64,000 nucleotides of DNA from Macrostomum lignano. Its lineage: Eukaryota. Both the position numbers and the translations under genes were made by a program. Location: assembly GCA_002269645.1 (NCBI GenBank), contig NIVC01001409.1:1-64000 (forward strand), given 5' to 3'. Position 1 is the first letter of the stretch. The number at the start of each line of letters is the position of its first letter. Positions 24,141 to 35,237 of this stretch are shown in pieces. The notes beneath the pieces were generated by a model. It was given only the letters and a program-made list of their open reading frames with translations, had not been told where the DNA came from and made no database searches.

Positions 24141-24362
24141 GTGCCAATAATCTGCATCTGCAACGACCGCAACCACATGAAGATGCGGTCGCTGGCCAAC
24201 TATTGTTTCGATCTGCGCTTCCAGCGGCCGAGGCCGGAGCAGATCCGAGCGGCCGCCATGTCCATCGCCAGCCGCGAGGGCCTCAAAGTTGATGCGCAAG
24301 CCCTGCTGGACGTTATCAACGCTTCTAACAATGATGTCCGACAGACCATTCACAACCTGCAG
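24141..24362 (+). CDS. RFC1: RFC1 exon 6
   Basis: VPIICICNDRNHMKMRSLANYCFDLRFQRP...NNDVRQTIHNLQ (sensor regions); canonical AG/GT. Confidence 0.95.
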
Positions 24363-24467
24363 GTGAAACTGGGACTTCGTGTGCTGTTTTTTTGCGGATA
24401 CTGTTGCACTGTTTCAAGTTTTTGGATTTCAGACTTCGAAACTAAGATTTCGGGTTTCAGGATTTGG

Positions 24468-25110
24468 GCTTGGGATTCCAGGACTGGGACTTGGGATTCC
24501 AGGACTGGGCCTTGGGATTCCAGGACTGGGACTTGGGATTCCAGGACTGGCCTTGGGATTCCAGGACTGGCCTTGGGATTCCACATAGATAATAAAAACA
24601 GTGTTTTAGTATCTGTGGGATTCCAGGACTGGCCTTGGGATTCCAGGACTGGGCCTTTTTTGATTTCATCGGGACTCGGAATTCCAGGATTGAGATTTGG
24701 GATTCCAGGAATGAGATTTGGGATTCCAGGATTGAGATTTGGGATTCCAGGATTGAGATTTGGGATTCCAGGGTCGGGACTTGGGATTCCGGGATCAGTA
24801 CTTGGGATTTTGGATTTGATTGGGACTTGGGATTTTGGATTTGATTGGGACTTGGGATTTTGGATTTGATTGGGACTTGGGATTTTGGATTTGATTGGGA
24901 CTTGGGATTTTGGATTTGATTGGGACTTGGGATTTTGGATTTGATTGGGACTTGGGATTTTGGATTTGATTGGGACTTGGGATTTTGGATTTGATTGGGA
25001 CTTGGGATTTTGGATTTGATTGGGACTTGGGATTTTGGATTTGATTGGGACTTGGGATTTTGGATTTGATTGGGACTTGGGATTCCAGGATCGGTACTCG
25101 GGATTCCAGA
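24468..25110. repeat. G/T-rich 21-bp (GGGATTCCAGGACTGGGACTT) and 25-bp (GGGATTTTGGATTTGATTGGGACTT) arrays (RFC1 intron 6)
   Basis: Direct reading. Confidence 0.95.
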
Positions 25111-25458
25111 ATGGATTGTTTTAGGATTTTAATAATGGTTTCCTTTATTTCAGGAGTGGGAGTTTAGGACTATCCTAAAACCTTTTAAAATTTCTACTCT
25201 CGTAGGTGGATCGTAGGCACAGATACTATAATAACATACTATTATTACTACTATATTATTATTACTATAATAATAGTTATTATAGTATCTGTGATCGTAG
25301 GGGGGTTTAATTTCTACATTTCGATTTCGGGATTTTAGGATTTGCGGGATTTGAACTTTGTTCTTCACATTAGATGAGGACGAAACCAAATTTGAATTTC
25401 GTTAATGAGGAGCTGGCAGTTGCGGACTTCTAGACCCCGGCTGTTCCTCCCCCTTCAG

Positions 25459-25629
25459 GCCTGGACCAGCAACAGCGGAGGCTCCTCCGGTGCCGACCAG
25501 CTCCGCAAAGACGCCAGTCGGTCTCGCAAGGACCTCCGCTTCGGACCGTTCGACCTCGTCCGCAAGGCGCTGAGCTCGGACGAGATGGCCGACAAGTCTA
25601 TTAACCAGCTGTCCGACTTGTTCTTCCAG
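25459..25629 (+). CDS. RFC1: RFC1 exon 7
   Basis: AWTSNSGG...KDLRFGPFDLVRK...SDLFFQ; canonical AG/GT, phase 0. Confidence 0.9.
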
Positions 25630-25744
25630 GTAATGAATAAAATGGCTTTGAAGGATGCCCTGAATAATGTCCCTACAGGCATATAGTCGTCTTGCATACA
25701 GAATTAACTAGTTGGGTAATCGCCGTTCTCTTTACGAACCGTCC

Positions 25745-26920
25745 CTAGAGAATCACAGTTCTCAATAGATAATCGCTCTAGAGAATCACAGTCTCATTGG
25801 GAATCCCCCTAGAGAATCACAGTCTCATTGAGAATCCCCCCTAGAGAATCACAGTCTCATTGAGAATCACAGTCTCATTGAGAATCGCCCCCCCCTAGAG
25901 AATCACAGTCTCATTGAGAATCCCCCTAGTCCCTAGAGAATCACAGTCTCATTGAGAATCCCCCCTAGAGAATCACAGTCTCATTGAGAATCGCCCCCCC
26001 CTAGAGAATCAAAGTCTCATTGAGAATCGCCCCCCCCCTAGAGAATCACAGTCTCATTGAGAATCCCCCCCTAGAGAATCTCAGTTCCCATTGAGAATGC
26101 CCCCCCCCTAGAGAATCACAGTCTCATTGAGAATCCCCCCCCCTAGAGAATCTCAGTTCCCATTGAGAATGCCCCCCCTAGAGAATCTCAGCTCTCATTG
26201 AGAATCCCCCCCTAGAGAATCTCAGTTCCCATTGAGAATCCCCCCTAGATAATCGCAGTTCTCATTGAGAATCGCCCCCCTTAGAGAATCGCAGTTTCCA
26301 TTGAGAATCCCCCCCGTAGAGAATCACAGTCTCATTGAGAATCCCCCCCCCTAGAGAATCACAGTTTCATTGGGAATCCCCCCTAGAGAATCACAGTCTC
26401 ATTGAGAATCCCCCCCTAGAGAATCACAGTCTCATTGGGAATCCCCCCCTAGAGAATCACAGTCTCATTGGGAATCCCCCCCCTAGAGAATCACAGTCTC
26501 ATTGGGAATCCCCCCCTAGAGAATCACAGTCTCATTGGGAATCCCCCCCCTAGAGAATCACAGTCTCATTGGGAATCCCCCCCCTAGAGAATCACAGTCT
26601 CATTGGGAATCCCCCCTAGAGAATCACAGTCTCATTGAGAATCCCCCCCTAGAGAATCTCAGTTCTCATTGAGAATCGCCCCCCCCCCTAGAGAATCGCA
26701 GTTTCGATTGAGAATCCCCCCTAGAGAATCACAGTCTCATTGGGAATCCCCCCCTAGAGAATCACAGTCTCATTGGGAATCCCCCTAAAGAATCAGTCTC
26801 ATTGAGAATCCCCCCCTAGAGAATCTCAGTCTCATTGAGAATCCCCCCTAGAGAATCACAGTCTCATTGAGAATCGCCCACCCCCCCACCCCCCTAGAGA
26901 ATCACAGTCTCATTGAGAAT
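25745..26920. repeat. ~30-35-bp array CTAGAGAATCACAGTCTCATTGAGAATCCCCC (RFC1 intron 7)
   Basis: Direct reading; variable C-run. Confidence 0.95.
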
Positions 26921-26938
26921 CGCCGCCCCGTCCCGCAG

Positions 26939-27499
26939 GACTACAACATGGAGCCGCTGTTCATCCAGGAGAATTATCCCCTCACCGAGCCGGACTCGCT
27001 CCGCTCGCTGCCCTCCTCCAAGCGCGACCTTCGCCGCCTCCAGCTGCTCAGCCAAGCTGCCGACTCCATCGCCCTCGGCGACGTCTGCGGCCGCAGCGTC
27101 CGCTCGCAGGGCAGCTGGTCGCTGCTGCCCACCCAGGCCCTGTTCTCCTCCGTGCTGCCCGGCAAGTCCGTCTCCGGCCACTTCACCGGCCAGGTGGCCT
27201 TCCCGGCCTGGCTTGGCCGGAATTCCACAGCCGGCAAGTCGGCCAGGCAGCTGAGCCTGCTGGCCTGCCACCTGCGGCTGGCGTCCGGCGGCCTGGCCAG
27301 CCGCGACCTCGGCCTGGACATGGCGCAGCATCTGGCCGCTGCGCTCACCCGGCCGCTGCGGCAGGACGGAGCCGACGGCGTCCCCGGCGTGATCGGCGTG
27401 CTGGAGGCCTACGACCTGCAGCGGGAGGACATGGACTCCCTGCTGGAGCTGACGGCCTGGCCCGGGCAGCCCGACGCTTTGGCCGGTGTGGATCCCAAG
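26939..27499 (+). CDS. RFC1: RFC1 exon 8 (RFC1 C-terminal domain)
   Basis: DYNMEPLFIQENY...AADSIALGD...QGSWSLLP...FPAWLGRNS...YDLQREDMDSLLEL; canonical AG/GT. Confidence 0.95.
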
Positions 27500-27529
27500 G
27501 TGACCGTTGAACCTGTGCTGTCTGGGCTG

Positions 27530-28459
27530 TGACCAGTCACTGATCAGCTATGACCAGTCACTGATCAGCTATGACCAGTCACTAATCGGCTATGACCAGT
27601 CACTAATCGGCTATGACCAGTCACTGATCAGCTATGACCAGTCACTGATCAGCTATGACCAGTCACTGATCAGCTATGACCAGTCACTGATCAGCTATGA
27701 CCAGTCACTGATCAGCTATGACCAGTCACTAATCAGCTATGACCAGTCACTGATCAGCTATGACCAGTCACTGATCAGCTATGACCAGTCACTGATCAGC
27801 TATGACCAGTTACTGATAAGCTATGACCAGTCACTGATCAGCTATGACCAGTCACTGATCAGCTATGACCAGTCACTGATCAGCTATGACCAGTTACTGA
27901 TAAGCTATGACCAGTCACTGATCAGCTATGACCAGTCACTGATAAGCTATGACCAGTCACTGATCAGCTATGACCAGTCACTGATCAGCTATGACCAGTC
28001 ACTGATCAGCTATGACCAGTCACTGATCAGCTATGACCAGTTACTGATAAGCTATGACCAGTCACTGATCAGCTATGACCAGTCACTGATCAGCTATGAC
28101 CAGTCACTGATCAGCTATGACCAGTCACTGATCAGCTATGACCAGTCACTGATCAGCTATGACCAGTCACTGATCAGCTATGACCAGTCACTGATCAGCT
28201 ATGACCAGTCACTGATCAGCTATGACCAGTCACTGATCAGCTATGACCAGTCACTGATCAGCTATGACCAGTCACTGATCAGCTATGACCAGTCACTGAT
28301 CAGCTATGACCAGTCACTGATCAGCTATGACCAGTCACTGATCAGCTATGACCAGTCACTGATCAGCTATGACCAGTCACTGATCAGCTATGACCAGTCA
28401 CTGATCAGCTATGACCAGTCACTGATCAGCTATGACCAGTCACTGATCAGCTATGACCA
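27530..28459. repeat. Highly homogeneous 21-bp minisatellite TGACCAGTCACTGATCAGCTA (RFC1 intron 8)
   Basis: Direct reading. Confidence 0.98.
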
Positions 28460-28515
28460 GTTCTTTCCGCACTAAATGCAGCTGAATACGGCACAGCCAA
28501 ACAACCCGCATTCAG

Positions 28516-28737
28516 GTGAAGGCTGCGCTCACCCGGGCCTACAACAAGGCGGCCCACCTGACCCCCTACTCGCTGGCGCAGGCGCCCGCCAAGCGGAAGG
28601 CCGCCGCCAGTTCGGCCGGTGCGGAGGAATTCGACGAAGAGGCCGCCGACTATGGAGAAGGCGGCGGCGTCGCCGAAGAAGAGGCCGGCAGTGAGGAAGG
28701 CGAGGACGCCGACCCGACTGTCGACGCCATGATTAAG
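28516..28737 (+). CDS. RFC1: RFC1 exon 9
   Basis: VKAALTRAYNK (conserved in RFC1)...acidic stretch...DAMIK; canonical AG/GT. Confidence 0.93.
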
Positions 28738-28809
28738 GTGCGAGTGCTGAGCCTGCCGCAAATAAACAGCCCTCATGATCGGCGCAAACTGCGGTTGTAG
28801 TGCTTGCTC

Positions 28810-29352
28810 CAAAAATCGCCCTTAGAAAACCTTAAAAATCGCCCCTTGATCCTTGCTAGAAATTGCCCCAAAATCGCCCCTAAAACCCGCCCAAAATCTA
28901 ATCTAGGAATCGCCAATAAAATCACCCCAAACTCGCCTCTAGGAATCGCCCCTTAAATGGCCCAAAAATCGCCTCTAGGAATCGTCCCTTGATCACTTCT
29001 AGGAATCGCCCCTTGATCACCTCTAGGAATCGCCCCTTGATCACCTCTAGGAATCGCCTTTAGGATTTAGGAATCGCCTCGAAGAATCGCACCTTAAATG
29101 GCCCAAAAATCACTTCTAGGAATCGCCCCTTGATCACCTCTAGGAATCGCCCCTTGATCACCTCTAGGAATCGCCCCTTGATCACCTCTAGGAATCGCCC
29201 CTTGATCACCTCTAGGAATCGCCTTTAGGATTTAGGAATCGCCTCTAAGAATCGCACCTTAAATGGCCCAAAAATCACCTCTAGGAATCGCCCCTTGATC
29301 ACCTCTAGGAATCGCCCCTTGATCACCTCTAGGAATCGCCCCAAAATCGCCC
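28810..29352. repeat. 24-bp array CTCTAGGAATCGCCCCTTGATCAC and variants (RFC1 intron 9)
   Basis: Direct reading. Confidence 0.92.
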
Positions 29353-29425
29353 ATAAAGATCTCCTTAACAATCGCACACCGAACCGCCCAGAGCGCCAAT
29401 CGAATTCCCCATATCATCACCGCAG

Positions 29426-29536
29426 AAGCCGAAGAAGGCGGCGGCCACCAAGGCGAAACCTGCGGCGGCGACTGCCGGCCCCGCCGGTTCGAAGGCGAAG
29501 TCGACGGCGCCAGCCAAGGGCAAGAAAAAGAAGTGA
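29426..29536 (+). CDS. RFC1: RFC1 terminal exon 10 (K/A-rich tail)
   Basis: caccgcAG acceptor, phase 0; KPKKAAATK...KGKKKK*, TGA at 29534-29536; AATAAA at 29717-29722. Confidence 0.85.
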   Translation, partial: KPKKAAATKAKPAAATAGPAGSKAKSTAPAKGKKKK

Positions 29537-29879
29537 AACAGAGAAGCCCACTTGACCGAGGCGACTGCACTCGATTCTCTGCAACTGCAATGAAAGCTGA
29601 CGACTGCAACATTTCTGCCCATCTTGACTGCCTGTTTGTTATTATTTTTCCCGATGATTGGCTGTTTATCCGCTTGACCGACTGACTGACTGACCCTAAT
29701 CTGATCTGACAATATAAATAAACACATCATAGTAATTTGGCCAATGCATTTTTTATTCCCGTCTCCCGGGTCTGAAGCTTGTTTTCACATAATTGGCGTT
29801 TATTTTACTAATAAAAGTTTTGTGGAGCCTCTAAAAGTGTCTTTTTTACTTTCATTGCTACTGGGATACCGTAATTCCT

Positions 29880-30903
29880 CTGTCAGCTGTTTCACTGGCA
29901 GCGATTTTACTGTCACCTATTTCACTGTCCGCTATTTCACTGTCACCGATTTCACCGTCAGCTGTTTCACTGTCAGCTGTTTCACTATCAGCGATTTTAC
30001 TGTCAGCTGTTTCACTGTCAGCTGTTTCACTGTCAGCTATTTCACTGTCAGCTGTTTCACTATCAGCTGTTTCACTATCAGCGATTTTACTGTCAGCTGT
30101 TTCACTGTCAGCTGTTTCACTGTCAGCTGTTTCACTGTCAGCTGTTTCACTGTCACCTGTTTCACTGTCACCTGTTTCACTGTCAGCTGTTTCACTGTCA
30201 CCTGTTTCACTGTCAGCTATTTCACTGTCAGCTGTTTCACTGTCAGCTTTTTCACTGTCAGCTGTTTCACTGTCAGCTGTTTCACTGTCACCTGTTTCAC
30301 TGTCACCTGTTTCACTGTCAGCTGTTTCACTGTCACCTGTTTCACTGTCAGCTATTTCACTGTCACCTGTTTCACTGTCACCTGTTTCACTGTCACCTGT
30401 TTCACTGTCAGCTATTTCACTGTCAGCTGTTTCACTGTCAGCTGTTTCACTGTCAGCTGTTTCACTGTCACCTGTTTCACTGTCAGCTATTTCACTGTCA
30501 GCTGTTTCACTGTCAGCTTTTTCACTGTCAGCTGTTTCACTGTCAGCTGTTTCACTGTCACCTGTTTCACTGTCACCTGTTTCACTGTCAGCTGTTTCAC
30601 TGTCACCTGTTTCACTGTCAGCTATTTCACTGTCACCTGTTTCACTGTCACCTGTTTCACTGTCACCTGTTTCACTGTCAGCTATTTCACTGTCAGCTGT
30701 TTCACTGTCAGCTGTTTCACTGTCAGCTGTTTCACTGTCACCTGTTTCACTGTCAACTGTTTCACTGTCAGCTATTTCACTGTCACCTGTTTCACTGTCA
30801 CCTGTTTCACTGTCAGCTGTTTCACTGTCAGCTGTTTCACCGTCATCTGTTTCACTGTCAGCTTTTTCACTGTCAGCTGTTTCACTGTCAGCTGTTTTAC
30901 TGA
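29880..30903. repeat. 15-bp minisatellite CTGTTTCACTGTCA(G/C)
   Basis: Direct reading; downstream of the RFC1 poly(A) signal. Confidence 0.97.
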
Positions 30904-31100
30904 GTAGAAGTTTTCTGAACACTAAACATTCTTAAATCAAAGACCTGAGCATGAAGTTCAGCTAAACATTTATTTGTGGCGAAAATTGCAGTGCTCAAAG
31001 AACAGTCGTAGATATGCACCACCACCAAGAATGAAAATCTGTGGAATTCAATAATCTGCCACCAATCTGCTGAACTGATCAAATTTTTCACAATTTTCGT

Positions 31101-31292
31101 CAGGGGTGACGCCATGGATTATTTTGGTGGAGGGGACAATCCAAGAAATCTACATAAGAAAATTCCTACATTATTTTGGGAAACAGTTATAACAAATCAG
31201 CACTCATTTTTGCGCCACCAAATGTTTTATTTTTATAAAATATAAATGGTTCGTATTTTATTGCCTGGAGCAAAATTATTGATTTCCATAAC
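31101..31292 (+). mobile_element. Truncated copy of a CAGGG...GCCATGGATT MITE family
   Basis: Left end CAGGGGTGACGCCATGGATT matches the reverse complement of the 60116-60545 end; carries CACTCATTTTTGCGCC and GCAAAATTATTGATTTCC core pieces. Confidence 0.55.
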
Positions 31293-31700
31293 GGCTCACA
31301 AAAGCGTTCTTGAGATTCTGAGATCATGAGAGTTCTTGTATAAAGGATACTAAGATGATTTGAAGGCCCTACAGTGATTATTGCATGCTTTCACTTCACT
31401 CTTTAGTGTGAGTAAACTTGAGTCCCGAAATTCTTAGCCCAAATCGATCGCCGTGGCAACTATTCGCATACTTGAGGAGTTGCACATGTGGATCCTGCTG
31501 TCAAACAAGCGCCACTTCAGTGCTGTGTTTGCTCAGCACAGCGAAAGTCACCAAAACGACAAGGTCGTAAATGTCTTGAGAGCAAGGAGGAGTTTGACTA
31601 CTTTTGCACCAGTCAGCAGTCGAACCAAACAAACAGAATTGCCGAAAATGAACGGCATTCAAGCCGCCCGAACTTCAAGTGCAGAGCAGTGGGCAAACAA

Positions 31701-31799
31701 ATGTTAAAAATCCGACAATCTAACAGCTCAGCAGTTGCCATCCGACAGGTGAAGAAACGGCCACCCGCAGGGATGTCAAACTCCAACAACAGCATAAAA
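31701..31799 (+). CDS. Possible upstream exon of the Arg-rich protein
   Basis: In-frame ATG at 31701, GTAAGT donor at 31800 (phase 0) pairing with the tttcAG acceptor at 31994; the intervening 195 nt are also open in frame. Confidence 0.4.
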
Positions 31800-31994
31800 G
31801 TAAGTCCGTTTCGGGGCCTCCGAAATTCAATCCAGTCAGCACCGAAACAGCTCAAACATGAGACTTATTCTGTTGGCAGCTTGCGCCGCGCTGCTTTGCA
31901 CGCTAGTGGTAAGTTGAACTCTGTTGCACACAACTATTCAGCACTAACTCCAGCTTCAATTCGAATAATTACGAAAATCATTTGCACTTTTCAG

Positions 31995-34900
31995 CTCTCA
32001 GCGCCACCACCAAATGCGAAGAATAAGCTGAAGAAGCCAGCAGCCGCTAACGCTGCGGCCACCGCTGGATCCGCTAAGAAGCCCGCTATGGCTCAGAAGC
32101 CTTGCAAAAGACCGCCAAGGAGGAGCGCAGAGGAAAGACGGGGCAGAAGAAGCGAGAGGCGGAGTCGCCGCCAATCCAGGCGGCAGAACCGACGCGCCGC
32201 AAGACGTGCCCGCAGAAGCCGCGATGTGAGAAGAGGTGGTCGTCGTGTCAGACGCGCCAGACGTAACGGTAGACGTGCTGCAAGACGTGCTCGCAGAAGC
32301 CGCGATGTGAGAAGAAGAGGCGGCCGTCGTGTCAGACGCGCCAGACGTAACGGTAGACGCGCTGCAAGACGTGCCCGCAGAAGCCGCGATGTGAGAAGAG
32401 GCGGCCGTCGTGTCAAACGCGCCAGACGTAACGGTAGACGCGCTGCAAGACGTGCCAGACGTAACGGTAGACGTGCTGCAAGACGTGCTCGCAGAAGCCG
32501 CGATGTGAGAAGAGGCGGCCGTCGTGTCAAACGCGCCAGACGTAACGGTAGACGCGCTGCAAGACGTGCCAGACGTAACGGTAGACGCGCTGCAAGACGT
32601 GCCCGCAGAAGCCGCGATGTGAGAAGAAGAGGCGGCCGTCGTGTCAGACGCGCCAGACGTAACGGTAGACGCGCTGCAAGACGTGCCCGCAGAAGCCGCG
32701 ATGTGAGAAGAAGAGGCGGCCGTCGTGTGAGACGCGCCAGACGTACCGGTAGACGCGCTGCAAGACGTGCCCGCAGAAGCCGCGATGTGAGAAGAAGAGG
32801 CGGCCGTCGTGTGAGACGCGCCAGACGTAACGGTAGACGCGCTGCAAGACGTGCCAGACGTAACGGTAGACGCGCTGCAAGACGTGCCCGCAGAAGCCGC
32901 GATGTGAGAAGAAGAGGCGGCCGTCGTGTCAGACGCGCCAAACTTAACGGTAGACGCGCTGCAAGACGTGCCAGACGTAACGGTAGACGCGCTGCAAGAC
33001 GTGCCCGCAGAAGCCGCGATGTTAGAAGAAGAGGCGGCCGTCGTGTGAGACGCGCCAGACGTACCGGTAGACGCGCTGCAAGACGTGCCCGCAGAAGCCG
33101 CGATGTGAGAAGAAGAGGCGGCCGTCGTGTCAGACGCGCCAGACGTAACGGTAGACGTGCTGCAAGACGTGCCCGCAGAAGCCGCGATGTGAGAAGAAGA
33201 GGCGGCCGTCGTGTGAGACGCGCCAGACGTAACGGTAGACGCGCTGCAAGACGTGCCAGACGTAACGGTAGACGCGCTGCAAGACGCGCCCGCAGAAGCC
33301 GCGATGTGAGAAGAAGAGGCGGCCGTCGTGTGAGACGCGCCAGACGTAACGGTAGACGCGCTGCAAGACGTGCCAGACGTAACGGTAGACGCGCTGCAAG
33401 ACGTGCCCGCAGAAGCCGCGATGTGAGAAGAAGAGGCGGCCGTCGTGTCAGACGCGCCAGACGTAACGGTAGACGCGCTGCAAGACGTGCCCGCAGAAGC
33501 CGCGATGTGAGTAGAGGCGGCCGTCGTGTGAGACGCGCCAAACGTAACGGTAGACGCGCTGCAAGACGTGCCAGACGTAACGGTAGACGCGCTGCAAGAC
33601 GTGCCCGCAGAAGCCGCGATGTGAGAAGAAGAGGCGGCCGTCGTGTGAGACGCGCCAGACGTAACGGTAGACGCGCTGCAAGACGTGCCCGCAGAAGCCG
33701 CGATGTGAGAAAAAGAGGCGGCCGTCGTGTCAGACGCGCCAGACGTAACGGTAGACGCGCTGCAAGACGTGCCCGCAGAAGCCGCGATGTGAGAAGAGGC
33801 GGCCGTCGTGTCAGACGCGCCAAACTTAACGGTAGACGCGCTGCAAGACGTGCCAGACGTAACGGTAGACGCGCTGCAAGACGTGCCAGACGTAACGGTA
33901 GACGCGCTGCAAGACGTGCCCGCAGAAGCCGCGATGTGAGAAGAAGAGGCGGCCGTCGTGTCAGACGCGCCAGACGTAACGGTAGACGCGCTGCAAGACG
34001 TGCCCGCAGAAGCCGCGATGTGAGTAGAGGCGGCCGTCGTGTGAGACGCGCCAAACGTAACGGTAGACGCGCTGCAAGACGTGCCAGACGTAACGGTAGA
34101 CGCGCTGCAAGACGTGCCCGCAGAAGCCGCGATGTGAGAAGAAGAGGCGGCCGTCGTGTGAGACGCGCCAGACGTAACGGTAGACGCGCTGCAAGACGTG
34201 CCCGCAGAAGCCGCGATGTGAGAAAAAGAGGCGGCCGTCGTGTCAGACGCGCCAGACGTAACGGTAGACGCGCTGCAAGACGTGCCCGCAGAAGCCGCGA
34301 TGTGAGAAGAGGCGGCCGTCGTGTCAGACGCGCCAAACTTAACGGTAGACGCGCTGCAAGACGTGCCAGACGTAACGGTAGACGCGCTGCAAGACGTGCC
34401 CGCAGAAGCCGCGATGTGAGAAGAAGAGGCGGCCGTCGTGTGAGACGCGCCAGACGTACCGGTAGACGCGCTGCAAGACGTGCCCGCAGAAGCCGCGATG
34501 TGAGAAGAGGCGGCCGTCGTGTGAGACGCGCCAGACGTAACGGTAGACGCGCTGCAAGACGTGCCAGACGTAACGGTAGACGCGCTGCAAGACGCGCCCG
34601 CAGAAGCCGCGATGTGAGAAGAAGAGGCGGCCGTCGTGTGAGACGCGCCAGACGTAACGGTAGACGCGCTGCAAGACGTGCCAGACGTAACGGTAGACGC
34701 GCTGCAAGACGTGCCCGCAGAAGCCGCGATGTGAGAAGAAGAGGCGGCCGTCGTGTGAGACGCGCCAGACGTACCGGTAGACGCGCTGCAAGACGTGCCC
34801 GCAGAAGCCGCGATGTGAGAAGAAGAGGCGGCCGTCGTGTGAGACGCGCCAGACGTAACGGTAGACGCGCTGCAAGACGTGCCAGACGTAACGGTAGACG

Positions 34901-35237
34901 CGCTGCAAGACGTGCCCGCAGAAGCCGCGATGTGAGAAGAAGAGGCGGCCGTCGTGTGAGACGCGCCAGACGTAACGGTAGACGCGCTGCAAGACGTGCC
35001 CGCAGAAGCCGCGATGTGAGAAGAAGAGGCGGCCGTCGTGTGAGACGCGCCAGACGTAACGGTAGACGCGCTGCAAGACGTGCCAGACGTAACGGTAGAC
35101 GCGCTGCAAGACGCGCCCGCAGAAGCCGCGATGTGAGAAGAAGAGGCGGCCGTCGTGTGAGACGCGCCAGACGTAACGGTAGACGCGCTGCAAGACGTGC
35201 CAGACGCAACCGCAGGCGCGCTGCAACACGCGGTTAA
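31995..35237 (+). CDS. Giant arginine-rich repetitive protein, protamine-like (candidate sperm nuclear basic protein)
   Basis: Over 3.2 kb open frame. K/A/P-rich leader, then 84/81-bp units (RRAARRARRSRDVRR(R)GGRRVRRARRNG, 16/28 Arg) with optional 33-bp modules. All indels seen are multiples of 3. Unique non-repeat N- and C-ends; TAA at 35235-35237; AATAAA at 35300-35305. Confidence 0.7.
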   Translation, partial: LSAPPPNAKNKLKKPAAANAAATAGSAKKPAMAQKPCKRPPRRSAEERRGRRSERRSRRQSRRQNRRAARRARRSRDVRRGGRRVRRARRNGRRAARRARRSRDVRRRGGRRVRRARRNGRRAARRARRSRDVRRGGRRVKRARRNGRRAARRARRNGRRAARRARRSRDVRRGGRRVKRARRNGRRAARRARRNGRRAARRARRSRDVRRRGGRRVRRARRNGRRAARRARRSRDVRRRGGRRVRRARRTGRRAARRARRSRDVRRRGGRRVRRARRNGRRAARRARRNGRRAARRARRSRDVRRRGGRRVRRAKLNGRRAARRARRNGRRAARRARRSRDVRRRGGRRVRRARRTGRRAARRARRSRDVRRRGGRRVRRARRNGRRAARRARRSRDVRRRGGRRVRRARRNGRRAARRARRNGRRAARRARRSRDVRRRGGRRVRRARRNGRRAARRARRNGRRAARRARRSRDVRRRGGRRVRRARRNGRRAARRARRSRDVSRGGRRVRRAKRNGRRAARRARRNGRRAARRARRSRDVRRRGGRRVRRARRNGRRAARRARRSRDVRKRGGRRVRRARRNGRRAARRARRSRDVRRGGRRVRRAKLNGRRAARRARRNGRRAARRARRNGRRAARRARRSRDVRRRGGRRVRRARRNGRRAARRARRSRDVSRGGRRVRRAKRNGRRAARRARRNGRRAARRARRSRDVRRRGGRRVRRARRNGRRAARRARRSRDVRKRGGRRVRRARRNGRRAARRARRSRDVRRGGRRVRRAKLNGRRAARRARRNGRRAARRARRSRDVRRRGGRRVRRARRTGRRAARRARRSRDVRRGGRRVRRARRNGRRAARRARRNGRRAARRARRSRDVRRRGGRRVRRARRNGRRAARRARRNGRRAARRARRSRDVRRRGGRRVRRARRTGRRAARRARRSRDVRRRGGRRVRRARRNGRRAARRARRNGRRAARRARRSRDVRRRGGRRVRRARRNGRRAARRARRSRDVRRRGGRRVRRARRNGRRAARRARRNGRRAARRARRSRDVRRRGGRRVRRARRNGRRAARRARRNRRRAATRG

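Noticed and set aside
27507-28475. SYDQSLI repeat ORF
   Set aside because: It lies between canonical RFC1 donor (27500) and acceptor (28515) sites; 21-bp unit artefact.
29744-30922. CFTVS and ETADS repeat ORFs
   Set aside because: 15-bp array; no unique coding flanks or splice support.
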